In this document: positions 1-12,619 of the stretch, one piece after another | Numbering within the stretch: the stretch's first letter is position 1 | How the letters are laid out: every line of letters starts with the position of its first letter | NCBI GenBank assembly: GCA_016748015.1 | Contig: JAAOMT010000607.1 | Coordinates: 186,001 to 250,000 of the forward strand | DNA length: 64,000 nt | Reading direction: 5' to 3' | Source: Geosiphon pyriformis uo1 | Lineage: Eukaryota; Fungi; Glomeromycota | Notes under the pieces: generated by a model | The model's input: only the letters and a program-made list of their open reading frames with translations | Told to the model about the DNA's origin: nothing | Database searches by the model: none | Translations under genes and position numbers: made by a program

Positions 1-111
1 ATACAAAAGACTCTAATCAAAACTTTTAGATATTATCAATGAGATCAATTATTAAGTACCAAGTTATAGATTTGTTATTTGATTTGAGACCTCAAATAAT
101 TACCTATAACA
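1..111 (+). repeat. 3' end of a family-A LTR (truncated by window edge)
   Basis: Matches the end of the family-A LTR (…ttatttgatttgagacctcaaataattacctataaca); not followed by a PBS. Confidence 0.8.
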
Positions 112-232
112 ATATTAACAAAAAAATTCCCAAATATCTATAGATTTTATCTTTTTTGGCTATCAAAATTGGTAGGTTATTGATCCTTAAAGAGACAACT
201 TTAATACTCTAATTAATAAAAATAGCCATCAT

Positions 233-1069
233 TGTTACTTATAGAAATTTAGGAATTCTTAATAAAAATATAAAGTAATTAATTAGAAATAGACATAGTA
301 AAAAAAAAATTTTAGGATTTTTTTTAAGAAATTACAAGATTTTAGAAATTTCTGGATTTTTGGTTAAAGAAATTAAAAGAATTCAAAAAATCTCATATAA
401 TATTAATTATATATATATAAAAAAAGTATTAAAAACAGAAAAAAAAGGCTGTTCAAAATTAATATTAACAATTAATTAAATTATTCAATATTTTTTCCTT
501 CAAAAAATAGTTTTTTACAACTTAAAATAGAATCAAATTACATATCAATAAAATATTAATTATCCCCTAAATCCATATTAGTGTTATTTAATTAAAAAAT
601 AGTAATTAATTCTACTTTATCAACATTTTATGTTAATAAAACCCAATATTTAACCATATTAAACCAATAACTCTTAATTACAGCTATTAACAAGATACTA
701 ATTTTTTATTTTTTTTATTTTTTTATTTTTTATTTTCTGTTATTTTGTTTATTTCTTTGTTGTTTACTAATTAATTAAAAAATTAATATATAAAGTTATT
801 AATGTAAAAAAAAAACTGGTAAAAGACTTATAAAACAAAGGATAAAAACTTGAAAATTAAGGATAACTTACCAAAAAAAACTAGCTATCAAGCTAAAAAA
901 AAATTCACAAAATAAGTTTCCAAAAAAATACTAAAACAATCATTGAATTTTTGTTTATTATACAAAAAACTCAACCAAAATCTTCAGAATTACCAATATT
1001 ATCAAGCTATTTAGCACCAAGTTACAGATTTGTTATTTGTTTTAACACTTCAAATAATTACCTGTAATA
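233..1069 (+). repeat. E1 5' LTR
   Basis: Starts TGTTAC and ends cctgtaata (decayed TAACA); reverse-complement homolog of the other family-A LTRs; followed by decayed PBS tttgttgttctctgtaag. Confidence 0.85.
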
Positions 1070-1133
1070 TTTGTTGTTCTCTGTAAGATATAATCCAGCA
1101 AAAAACCAGCATCAACAACAATTATCTGAAACA

Positions 1134-2011
1134 ATAACAGAATTAGAAGAAATAGAAACAAACTACTTAAGATTTATAAAAGCTTTATTTCAACACTATT
1201 AAACTTACCTCAGATTGACAAGTAACTATTGGCCAGCAGAATTAGTCTTCAATTTTTACATCAATAAAAAAATTAAATTCTATTTAGGAGACCAAAGAAA
1301 TCTGGAAGCAGCACTCAACAATTTTTATAATAAATTACTTTAGAGCACCATACTTCCAAAAAATCATTTTTTTGCTCCATTAATCACAAAAATCAACAAG
1401 AAAATTGAGAAGCACACCCAACAAAAATTTTTTATTATCTTTGCAGACAACAAAAAAAAATTACAAACATTAACAGAAACACTAAAAAAAATACAACCAC
1501 TTACATAGAAAAAACCAAGAGTAGTTTCACTTATTCACTTGTTATACCATTATATATTAAGAAATACCATCCAAATAACATCAATTATGATCACATTAAA
1601 AACACTATTACTTAGAATATTATTTCAAAACAATCAAGAAAAAGCCAGATTATTAAAAATCTATAACAATTTCTTTAAAAAATTTAAATTGTAACCAACA
1701 ACTCTATTAGAACTTTGATTACTGCCATCCCAACCAAATTTCAAAGCCACTAGTCTTTGGAAAAAAACTGACTTAGAAAAAGAAAAAAAAAAACAATGAT
1801 TAGAAAACTTATAATCAAAATTCAATTCCAAAAAACCTGGAAATCCAAACTCTGATTGTTTTAACTCAGCAAAATTCAAACAATCCAAATCTCACTTCTA
1901 TTGTTTCCCAAAACATATTTCCAGTAATCATAATTAATTTATTAATTGCACCAATTACCACTATTCAATTACAACCATAATAACAGCAACTCATATTAAT
2001 AGCATATATAC
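1134..2011 (+). pseudogene. gag: E1 gag N-terminal remnant
   Basis: Translates with stops to TNYLRFIKALFQHY…AELVFNFYINKKIKFYLG, homologous to ORF 35430..35639. Confidence 0.75.
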
Positions 2012-2853
2012 TGTTATAAGTAATTATTTGGGGTCTCAAATCAAATAACAAACTCATAACTTAGTGCTTAATAACTGTTACAATTAATATTCTTTGAAGA
2101 TTTTGGTATTTAAAGATTTTGGTTGAGTTTTTTGTATAATAGACAGAAATTCAATAGTTGTTTCAATAGTCTTTTGGAATCGCAATTCCATCAATTTTTT
2201 TTCTTTAGCATAGTAACTGGTTTATTTTGGCAATTGTGCTTTTTTAGTAAGCTATTTTCAATTTCCGAGTTTCTTACTCTTGTTTTATGGGTCTTTTACC
2301 AGGCTATTCTTGACATCAATAACTTAATACTTAATCCTTTTAATCAGTTAGTAACACAACAAAAGAAAGTAAAATAAAAAAAATAAAAAAAATAAAGAGA
2401 TAAAGAAATAAGCCAAGACAATAAAGAATTAGTATCTTATTAATAGCCATAATTAAGAGCTATTGTTCTAGTATGATTAAGTATCAAATACTATTAACAT
2501 GTAGTGTTAATAGTGGGGAGAGTAATTTGAAGGGTAAATAGTTATTTTATTAATATTGCTGATTCTATTCTGTCTTTTCTACTTTTAATGCTCTTATTAT
2601 ATATACATAATTTAAGTTTTATGAGATTGCTTATATTCTTGAGTGATGTGCTATGATTCCTTAAGCAATACTTATATTGTTAAGCAATGTGTCATAATTT
2701 TCTAATATTGCTCCATATTGCTAAACAATATGCTATAATTTCTGACAATGCTTCATATTGCTAAGCAATGTGTTCATATATTAGCTACTATTCTTTTATT
2801 AGTCTATTTGTTTTTTCTAATATTTTTTTGTATGTTTTTTTCTATGAGTAACA
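2012..2853 (-). repeat. E2 3' LTR
   Basis: tgttataag…gagtaaca, with a decayed PPT and ORF3 stop immediately to the right. Confidence 0.85.
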
Positions 2854-2866
2854 TTATTTTTTCTTT

Positions 2867-3052
2867 TTAATATTGAACTCTATTAAAATTTTTATTTTAA
2901 ATTAAGTCTATAACTTTTCTTTCTAATATCATTTGTTCAACTCTGTTTCTTATATCTTCAATTTGTGAGTTGTTTATTCTTCTCTATTGGTTAATAGTTA
3001 TTGTTTCCATGTTAAGATGTAGCAATATTTCTGAGTAGTTTTGAAATATTGT
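2867..3052 (-). pseudogene. E2 ORF3 C-terminal part (N-terminal part at 29343-29788)
   Basis: IFQNYSEILLH…VQY* homologous to the E3 ORF3 tail; continues across the TCGT/TTGT TSD. Confidence 0.7.
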
Positions 3053-3934
3053 TGTTACAGGTGATTATTTGAAGTCTCAAATCAAATAACAAACTTGTAA
3101 TTTGGTGTTCAATAGCTAATATGGTTGGTAATATCTGAAGGTTTTGAATAGATCTGAAGATTTTAAATTAAGTTTTTTGTATAATAGACAGAAATTCAAT
3201 GGCTGATGTTTGTAATGTTTTTTAAATAGTTTTTCCAATTTCTGTCTTCAGTGTGATGGCCAGTTTATTCTGGCAGTCATGCTTTTCTGGTAAGCTATTT
3301 GTTAATTATATGTTATGTTTTATTTTTATTTCTGGGTCTTTTATTAAACTATCCGTGATGTTAATTATTCAGTGTTTATTTTCTTAATCAATTAGTAAAC
3401 AACTCAAAAACAACAAATAAAAAAAAATAAAAAAAATAAAGAAATTAAGCCAAGACAATTAAGTTAGTATCTTGTTAATAGCTGTAATCAAGAGCTATTG
3501 TTCTAGTATAGTTAAGTATTCATTATTATCAACATGAAGTGTTGATAGTAAAAAATGAATTGAGATAGCAAATAGTTATTTATTGATATTTGTGATTTAG
3601 AAGATTGCTTAGATGAAATTTAAACTAAGAGGTCTGTTTTTTTCTGTTTCTAATGCTATTATTATATATACATAATTTACTTTACATAAAAAATCTTTTT
3701 TCTTTGCTAGATTTTCTGCAAAATTTTCAATTTCTTAAAACATCCAGGATTTTTTAAAAAATCCTCAACTTTTCTGAAATATCTTGGATTTTTTGAATAA
3801 TTCTGAATTTCCTAAAACATCTAAGATTTCTTAAAAAATCATCTTTTCTCTGCTTCTATTCTAATTGGCTAATTTATAATCATGTGTTTTCTCTTTTTGA
3901 TTATGTATTATTTTCTTTTTTTCTAAGTATAATA
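3053..3934 (-). repeat. E3 3' LTR
   Basis: Near-identical to 28533-29338; PPT adjacent at 3935-3948. Confidence 0.9.
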
Positions 3935-3948
3935 TTATTTCCTCTTTT

Positions 3949-4595
3949 TTAATATTGAGCTCTATCAAAATTTCCTAACATTCTTTTTTGTAATAATTTC
4001 ATAACTTTTTTTTTTAAAATTAATTAATTTATTTTCTCCTGGAGTTCCTTAAACTAGTTGTTGATTATTTTTTCTTATTGATTAATGAATAAGCTACTAA
4101 TTTCTGGTTGCAATAGTATCTCTGGATGGTTTTGAAAAATAGTGTATATTTGGTAGATAGTTTTGATATATATATATGAATTAGATTTCTTTCCAATAAA
4201 GTTTTCTATGTCTTGTATAATTTTCTATTCAAAGACTCTTTTGGTTTAATCTGTATGAAAATTTTGGATCATTAATTTTTGTTCCAGATGCCAATAGCAA
4301 TATAAAACTAGAAATTGTTCTATTTATTAATTCCAATTTTTTGTTGTCATCTCTTCTGATTGAACATTAATAGTTGGTTTTTTGAGAGCACTTTTCACTT
4401 TCTCAACAATTTTGTTGACATGATTGCTAATTTCTTTGTGTGTTCATTGATATGGTGTAGTCTTTTCCCTTTTTTTTTAGTGTTTTTATAGCAGATGGTT
4501 TGATGATTGATCATTATTTCCATGTCTGTTTGTTGTTAATTTATAGTTTAAAATAATTGTTGTACTAATTAATAAATATGGTTAGGAATTTCTAT
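3949..4595 (-). pseudogene. E3 ORF3 (uncharacterised, post-integrase)
   Basis: EIPNHIY.LVQQLF.TIN.QQTDMEIMINHQTICY…IYQIYTIFQNHPEILLQ…NFDRAQY*; homologous to family-B ORF3. Confidence 0.7.
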
Positions 4596-4659
4596 TTTTT
4601 GATATCTTTTGTCATGTGTTAATTTCTTTTATATAAAGTTCTAATATCTCATTTTGACA

Positions 4660-6040
4660 TGTTTGTGTCAATGATTATTATTGGTTCCAGATCTTGTGGA
4701 ATCTTATTTGGTTGAACTAGTATTCTCTGTACTTTCAATTGTGGAATATTATTAATAAATAATAATGCTATATTATAGTATGATTTTAGTTGATCTCTAT
4801 GTGCTGCTTTAATTAAGATTTTGTTGTCTCATCTCAATTTATAAGCTCTATTTCCTAGAATTTTTTTTATGTAAAATGGTCTGTTCTATTTGGGATCAAA
4901 TTTTCCACTTTATTGTTTTTTCACTTTGGTATGATATAAAAGTACTTTGTCTCTAATCTTAAATTCAACTGGTTTATCTGATAATTGGTTATTATGTCTT
5001 TTTTTTTGTTTTTTTGTGACTTTTGTATGTTATTAGCTGCTCTTTGCTATTTGTTTTCTAGAGTTTTTATTAAATTATATGTTTTTCTCAACAATATTTC
5101 TTGAAAATTATCTTTTGTTATTGGTTTAGTTAAATATGTCTTAACTTTTATTTTAACTGGTAGTATTGCTATTCTACCATATATTAATTCAAATGGTGTT
5201 GCTTGTGTAGTGTCTTGCTTCATTGTCCAGTAAGCAAATAATACTAATGATATAAACAAATCTTATTCATCTTGGTTTTCTTGGCTAATTTTGGCAATTG
5301 CTTTACACAATGTTCTATTGAATCTTTTAACTAAGCCATTGGTTTGTGGATAATATGGTAATAATAGTAGTTATTTAATTCCAAATCTTTGACTTAATTC
5401 AGCCAATATTCTGTTCACAAAGTGAATTTTTTGGTTTAATAACAATTTTTTTGGACATCTATGTTAACAAATTAGATCTTAATAAATGAATTCAGCTATG
5501 AATTCTGCATCTACTTTTTGAATTGTTTTTGCTTCTGGCCATTTTATAAGATAGTTCATGGCTACTGCAATATATTAGTTTCCTCTGCTAATTATTGTTA
5601 ATAGTCTGACTAAGTCAATTTCAATTCAATTAAATGGTTGTCCTATTTTAATTGGTCTTAATGGCTTGCTGGGTTTTGTTCTTCCTTTTTTTTGACAAGT
5701 ATTACAATTTTGAACATATTAGATAATGTCTAAATACATTGATGGCCAATAATATTGTTTTTTGGTTTTTTTTATAGTTGCTTTTTTATGAAAATGTCCT
5801 GCTGTCAAATCTGAATACATGTTAAAAAGTATTGTCTCTTTTTCTGGTTTTATAATTATTTTAGTTGGTTGATCTAAATTTTTTCTATTCTTTTGGTAAA
5901 GTATATTTTAATGGTTGATAAAATATTTTGCTTGTTGTTTTATGTTGTTTTGTTTTTTTTGAGATAATTTCTTCTTGAACTACTAAATATTAATATAATG
6001 TTAGAGTTGTTGATATTTTTGTGTATTTATTTTTTTGTTA
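4660..6040 (-). pseudogene. pol: E3 integrase (HHCC, DDE, GPY/F-like)
   Basis: AGHF…YYWP…CNTCQ; GLVKRFNRTL; LFAYWT…TPFELIYGR (ORF 5047..5259); ends EPIIII. Confidence 0.85.
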
Positions 6041-6079
6041 TATTTTTTGGGTTAAAATGTTTTTAGATTTGTTTTATTC

Positions 6080-7380
6080 ACAACAAACTGTCAGCATTTC
6101 CATTTTCTTTTCTTTTTTTATAATGCACTGTATAATTAAATAATGATAGTTTTATTTTCCATCTTGTATAATGATTATTTCCAAATTTTTGTTTCTGAAT
6201 TGAAGTCAATCCTTTGTGATCAATATATACATCAAATTTTTGGCTTAAATATTCCTTCTATTTGATGACTGCATAGTAGATAGCTAAGTGTTTTAGTGCT
6301 GGTGTGCCATAATTCTTTTCTGCTAAACTCAAACTTTGGCTGGCATATGCTACTGGATGTTCTTGTTCATCTGGTTTTTTCTGGGATAGTACAGCACCCA
6401 ATGTTTGACTTGATGCATTGGTAGTAATAATAAATGATTTGTTGTGATTTGAATAGATTAGTACTGATGCTTAAATAAGCTTTTTTTATAATATGTTGAA
6501 AGCTTCTTGCTGGATTTCTGTCCACTTGTATTTGACATTCTTGGTTTGAAGCTGGTAAAGTAGTTAAGCCAGTTTAGAAAAGTCTTTAATGAAATAATAG
6601 TAGTAACCTGCAAATCCCAAGAATGCTCTTAATTCTATTAAGTTGGTTGGTACTGGAAAGTTTTTGACTATTTCAATTTTGTCTGGATCTGTTTTAATAT
6701 TATCTTTGCTCATAATATGCCCTAAAAATTTCAGTTCTGTTTTGTCAAAGAAGTACTTAGTTGTATTTAATTTTAATCCAGCCTGTTTGAGTCTTTCAAA
6801 CACTTGCTGTAGATAATATAGATGATCATTAAATGTCTTTAAGAATACATTAGTGTTATCCAAATATATGACTACTGATTTCCATAGCAGTCTGGTATAA
6901 ACAATTTCTATGAGTCATTAAAACATGGCTGAGACATTCATCAAGCCAAATGGCATTACTTCAAACTCGAAATTTTCCTCTCTTGTTGTGAATACAGTCT
7001 TCTCTTTATTGGCTGAATTCATGGGTACTTGTCAATAACTACTATCTAATCTAGTATTGAAAACTATTTGTTTCCTCTGAAAGCATCAAATAATTCTTGA
7101 ATCTGTGGAGTTAGATAACTGTCTCTACAAGTTACTTTGTTGAGTTTTCTGTAATTTACACAAAAATAGATCTTCTATTCTTTTTATAGACAAGTACTAC
7201 TGGTAATAATTATAAACTTATTGATGTTGAATTAATCTATTGTCTAATATCCAATTGATCTCTTGTTGGATGATTTTATGGCTTGCTAATGGTACTTGGT
7301 ATGCTCTTTGTTTAATTGGTATTACATCTCTAATCTTGATCTAATGTTGAATTATGTCAGTTCTGCCAAATTTATTTTCA
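6080..7380 (-). pseudogene. pol: E3 reverse transcriptase and RNase H
   Basis: MPFGL; YLDNTNVF (decayed YLDD); LRAFLGFAGYY; TNAS…LGAVLSQ…HPVAYASQSL. Confidence 0.9.
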
Positions 7381-7780
7381 TTGGCAAAAATGTTGTTAAG
7401 TAACATTTTAAGCTATATATGTTGTAGTGGGTCTAAATTTCCCAAATTCATTTGTTTCAATTGTTCTGATTGGGACAGATAACATTCTTTTTGTTCATAT
7501 ATTGTTTGTGATGTAATATCTACATATTCACACAGTTGTAAAAAGTCTGGAATAGAGTTTGGTGGTTGATTTTCTACTTCTGTGCTTATATATTCAATGA
7601 TTCTTTTTGGTATTTCTATGACATCTCTAATTGTATTGTAAATGGAAATTTTTATGTGTTTTGGGCTTTTGGCTGATATGTACAGATTAGTAAGTCCAAT
7701 CTTTTCTGATTTACAAATTGTAGCTTTTGCTTCAAACATTTAAGCCTGATTTTTTACTTTTCTTTCTATGGTTACCATGT

Positions 7781-8681
7781 TGTTACAGATAATTATTTGG
7801 GGCCTCAAGTCAAATAACAAACCTATAACTTGGTACTCAATTAATGACTAAGTGGTAATATCTGAAGATTTTGGTTGAGTCTTTTGTATAATAAACAGAG
7901 ATTTGATGATGATAGTAATTTTTTGGAATCACAATTCTTGTCTAATTTTTTTCTTAGCTTGGCAGTCAGATTTACTCTGACAGTCATGTCTTTTTAGTAA
8001 GCTATTTGTTAATATATATATAATTTTATCTGTATTTTTGGGTCTTTTATCAGGCTATTCTTGACATTAATAACTTTGTGTTTTAATCCTTAATCAATTA
8101 GTATATAACAATAAAATCAAAGAAAAGAAAAAAAAAGAAAATAAAAGGAAATAAAGAAATAAGCCAAGGCAATTCGTAAGTTAGTATCTCATCAATAGCC
8201 ATGATCAAGAGCTATTGTTCTAGTGTGGTCAAGTATAAATTACTATCAACATTTTATGTTGATAGTAGAAAGTGGATTGAGATAACAAATAGTTATTTAT
8301 TGATATTTGTGATTTTAGAAGGTTGCTTAGATGAAATCTAAACTGAGAGGTCTCTCTTTTTTTTTGTATTTTTTAATAATTATGATTTGTAAGTCTAATT
8401 AACTCTGAGTTTTCTTGACTAATTTTCTAATTTTTGATACTACTGCTATATATATATATTTGAGATTCCTTAATTTCTCAATTTTTCATACCAGGAATTC
8501 TGCAATTCCTTTGAAAAGAATCCTAAAATTCTGGAATCCTGTAATTCTTTATATGAGAATTTTAAAATTCCTGGAATCCTGCAATTTTTTTAAGAAAAAT
8601 TTTGAAATTCTATATTTACTACTTCTACTTTTAATTGGCTAATTTATATGCTAATATACTTCCTATATTCTATGAGTAATA
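7781..8681 (-). repeat. E4 3' LTR
   Basis: tgttacag…gagtaata; near-identical to 22078-24222 once T1 is removed. Confidence 0.9.
8193..8217 (-). promoter_or_regulatory. Conserved LTR hairpin with palindromic TGATCA loop
   Basis: CAATAGC-CATGATCAAGA-GCTATTG; family B has the compensatory stem CAATTGC/GCAATTG. Confidence 0.55.
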
Positions 8682-8695
8682 TTATTCCCTTCTTT
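8682..8695 (-). promoter_or_regulatory. Polypurine tract of E4
   Basis: Sense AAAGAAGGGAATAA abutting the 3' LTR; same sequence at 31523-31536. Confidence 0.85.
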
Positions 8696-9337
8696 AATAT
8701 TAAGCTTCTGTAAAATCTTCTAAATTTTTCTTTTGTATCAATGTTGTTGCTGTTGTATATTCCTCATTATTGCCACAGCATGTGCCTATTAATGACAATT
8801 TCTTGTTGCAATTAATGCATATGAGCTTTGGTCAGCAATAGATAGATTGTTGTGGTGTAATATAAATGTAAGAGTTATAAGTAGTGGTGCTGGTGGGTGT
8901 TGTTTCTTCTTCCTTCTCTTTTCTTTTTCTCTTATTGTTATTTTCTTCTCCTTTCCAAGTTTTTGTTAGTTTATCTTGATTATTGTTGGTTCTTCAGACT
9001 TGGTTAAAATTCCAGATAAGTTCTTTTTTTTGCTTTCTTTTTCTATTGTCATCTTAAGAGAGTATTGATAGTAGCTCGTTGTGGTTCTCATTGGCCCATG
9101 AAACTTGATAAGCTTCTCAGGTGGGTTTTTTTTCTTCTTTCTCAAACTCAACAAGTGGTCTTAACATAATAATAGACTTGAAGTAATCACACGTGGCTGG
9201 TACATATATGTGATGACTGTTTAGGCTAAGTTGGAGCTTCTGCATATTCTACTTGAGTATTATATTAGTCTTGAACAACTAGTCATTACCAATGAATGCT
9301 TGGTACTGCATTGCTTCTATCACAAGAACTTTGATGG

Positions 9338-10404
9338 TGTTATGAATAAACTGGATGGAGTAGAGAAATGGTAACATTTGGTGCTCTCAATTATTGGTAA
9401 TACATCTTCTGTGTAACTCTGTTGGCTTAGTCTTAATTGTCAATTTCTGAAAGTCTATTCCTGAATGTGAATTTACTTATTGAGTTCTTTGGTTATAAGG
9501 CACAAAGTTAGTCTTTTGTCAATTGCAACATTTTCTGTAAATGTGAGCTTTTTTCTTCAAGTTAACAAGTGCAGTTGTTAGGGTCTGACATTGTCTTTTT
9601 ACTTTTTTAGTAAGCTAACAAAATAATGTTAATATCTAAAACTTAGGAGAAGCTTCTCTCTTTTACCAGGCTATTATGAAGTCTATTCCCAGACAGTTGA
9701 TTTTACTATGTTGTTATTCCACAAAAAAGAAAAAAAAAAAAGAAAAAAAAAAAAGATAAATTAGTATCGTCAATTGCCATGATTAAGAGTAATTGGTCCA
9801 AATCATTAATAGTTCAAAGTGGTTATGCTAAGAGCATCTGTCCTAAAATAAAAGTACAAGACAATGGTTAATTTGTGTAAATTTCATGAAGTTTGAGAAC
9901 ATGAATTTGTGATTCTGATTTCTTTAATAATTGGTTTATTTCAGGAGATGAAAATAGAAAAGATAATAAATAATAAAGGGGTATGGATATTTGATTCTTG
10001 TTTAGAGGTCCATATCTATTTGTCTGTTCTTTTTCTAACTTCTACAACTACTTGCTTTTATACATTCTTTTGGTTTTACAGGATTGCTTTCAATTGTCTC
10101 ACTATTGCTAGCTATTGCTTTGTTATTTCTGTTATTGCTTTGTTTTCTATGTTATTGCTAGTTATCTTATGTTATAATCCATTTATCTAACATTATTACA
10201 TGTTATTCTGTGTTATAACACATTATTCTATGTTATAACGTATTATTTAATGTTATTGTACACTATTCTGTGTTATCCTGCATTATAACACATTATCTTA
10301 CATTATAATACGTTATCCAATATTATTGTGCACTATTCTGTATTATGTCATGTTTTGGTCATGTTTCTTCATAACTTTGAATTGGTTTTTCTACTCAAGT
10401 AACA
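9338..10404 (-). repeat. E5 3' LTR
   Basis: tgttatga…gtaaca; homologous to 18421-19498, 43193-44303 and 52453-53097. Confidence 0.9.
10148..10350. repeat. Degenerate tandem repeats in family-B U3
   Basis: Units like tgttattctgtgttataacacattat; also at ~19230-19445, 44025-44235 and 52830-53045. Confidence 0.75.
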
Positions 10405-10418
10405 TTATTTCTCTTTTT

Positions 10419-11135
10419 TTAAAATTGAGCTCCTGTGAAACCATATGTATCTGTTATTGTGGCTTCATTTGTGTAATGTTTGATTGTTGCTTCGAGTATT
10501 GTCTTTTGTAGGTTTTTGAACTGTTAATTGGTTATTCATTTTATATTGTTAACTGTTATGGTTTTCATAGATCCATTCAGTAGTATATTTGGACAATGTT
10601 GGAAGGCAGCATATAGTCGGTATGCTGCTTTGTAATATAAGGTTAAGTTGTTTCTTCCTACAAATTTTTCTACTTGTTGTATTGCTTCTTTGTTGAACAT
10701 TTTCTGGTTGAGGTCTTTATATGATGTTTTTAAGTCAAGCTGTTCTCCAATTTTGTAGAACCAATAGGCTGGTAGAAGTCTTTCTTTCCATTCCTAGATA
10801 TTGTTTTGGGGAGTTTGGTTTCACGAGATAAATATTCTTTAATTTTTTCTATCTCGGAGACCAAGTATCTTCTTTTGTAACCTTTTTCTCATTTTTTGCC
10901 TTTTTCTTTTCCATCTCCTATCCGAAAGCAATTTTTTTTTCCAACATTGCTTTTCGGGCAGTGGATAGGGGAAAAAATGTTTAGTTCTAATTGAACTTTT
11001 GTCCTCTTCTCTCCTGCTCTTATTTTTGTACTGTATCTCTTTTTTATCAATTATTATTTCTATTTGAGATGTCAATTTTTGAATTGTTTTAAATAATTGT
11101 TTAGATAATTTTAAAATTTGATCTGAAAGATCCAT
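10419..11135 (-). pseudogene. E5 ORF3 (uncharacterised, ~240 aa)
   Basis: MDLSDQILKLSKQLF…AYWFYKIGEQLDLK…YYKAAYRLYAAFQHCPNILL…GFTGAQF*; own ATG ~80 nt after the IN stop. Confidence 0.75.
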
Positions 11136-11215
11136 GTTAAAATTTCTATTGTTTCTTGCTGCTTTTTGGATGCTATATATATTTGAATTCCCCAATTTAA
11201 TTTGTTGCCTGTTGT

Positions 11216-12580
11216 CTATATTTTAATGATGATGATTGGTTCCAGATCTCGTAGTATATCTTCTGGTCTGATTAATGAAATTTGTGTTCCTAGTTGAGGT
11301 ACTGATAACGATGACTGCTGTTTTGCATGATAAATTTTCAACCAATTTCCATGTGCTACTTTCTTTAAAATCCTGTCTTCCAATCATAATTTGTAAGCTC
11401 TATTTCCTAAAGCTTTGTGTATGTGAAATAGACCATCCCATTTTGGGTCGAATTTTCCACTCTACTGTTTCTCAGCTTTTATATGATATAACAGTACTTA
11501 GTCTCCAATCTTGAATTCCATTGGTTGTTCTGATAGATGTTTATCATGTCTTTCTTTTTGTTATTCTTGAGTGTGACTAATATTGTTAGCTGCTGTTCTT
11601 CAATTGTTTTCCAATGTTTCTATTAGCTGGTACATTTTTTGGTATAAGGTAGCTTCAAAATTCTCTTTGTTAATTGTTTCTGTTGAATATAATAGTATCA
11701 CTCATCCAATCAATAATGTAGCTTTTTTTCTATAGACTAGTTTGAACAGTGTAAACTGAGTCATATTTTGTTTCAATATTTGGTATGCAAAAAGTACAAA
11801 AGGTATGAATAAGTCCCATTCTTGTCTGTTTTTATGACTTATTTTTACTAGTGCTTTGCACAGTGTTCTATTAAATCATTCTACCAGTCCATTTATTTGT
11901 GAGTGATATGGTAACAATAAGAGTCTCTTTATTCCAAACTGTTGGCTTAGTTCAGTTAGTGTATTATTAACAAAGTGTGTTTCCTGATCAGATAATAATT
12001 CTTTCAGACATCCATGTCAGCAAATTAGGTCTTGATGCACAAATTTGGCTACTGTTTTGGCATCAGCCACTTGGATTGCTCTGGCTTCTGGCCATTTTGT
12101 AAAATAATTTATGGCTACAGCAATATAGTAATTTCCTTGGGATGTAATTGAAAAAGGTCCAACCAAATCAATTTTAATTCTATCAAATGGATTTCCAATT
12201 GGAATTGGTTGAAATGGTTCTGTTGATCTTGCTTCTTCTCTTCACTGGCATGAGTCACAATTAAGTACATATTCGAAAATGTTTTTGTATATTATTGGCC
12301 AATAGTATAAGTTTAGAGTTCTTTCAAGAGTAGCATTTTTGTTAAAGTGTCCTGCAGTCAGATCTAAGTACATGCTATATAATATAGTTTCTCTTTTACT
12401 GTCCTTAATTAATTGTTGTAAAGTGGAGTGGTTTTGGCGTTCTTATTGATATAGTTGGTTGTCTTAAATAAAATAATTTTGGGCTTGTTTTTGTATGGTA
12501 CTTTGTTTCTGTTGAGATAATATCTTCTTAAAATATAGTGTTGATAAGTACTGATGTAATTATTGATAAGTGAGTGTGTT
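11216..12580 (-). pseudogene. pol: E5 integrase
   Basis: AGHF…YYWP…CDSCQ; IDLVGP; NYFTKWPEA; DQETHF; GLVE.FNRTL; ends RDLEPIIIIKI*. Confidence 0.88.
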
Positions 12581-12619
12581 CATGGGTCTGGGATTAGGTT
12601 TGTGGTATTCTTGACAAAC

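Larger units (their letters stand above)
233..2011 (+). mobile_element. E1: Ty3/Gypsy family A, 5' part (LTR, PBS, start of gag), interrupted by E2
   Basis: LTR, decayed PBS, then a gag remnant homologous to the gag of E3/E4/E6. Confidence 0.85.

Noticed and set aside
112-232. Possible unique host sequence
   Set aside because: Too short and featureless to assign.
8178-8190. TACTAAC plus pyrimidine tract as an LTR intron
   Set aside because: No convincing conserved donor, and the conserved AG lies ~90-125 nt away; cannot be supported without transcripts.
8740-8770. Splicing as the cause of the E4/E6 deletions
   Set aside because: The CAG is retained, no GT donor is evident, and microhomology explains both joins.
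10148-10350. CRISPR-like array
   Set aside because: Degenerate contiguous units without unique spacers, inside LTRs, with no cas genes.
10419-11135. ORF3 as env or chromodomain
   Set aside because: No signal peptide, transmembrane helix or chromodomain pattern; it is separated from IN by a stop and has its own ATG.
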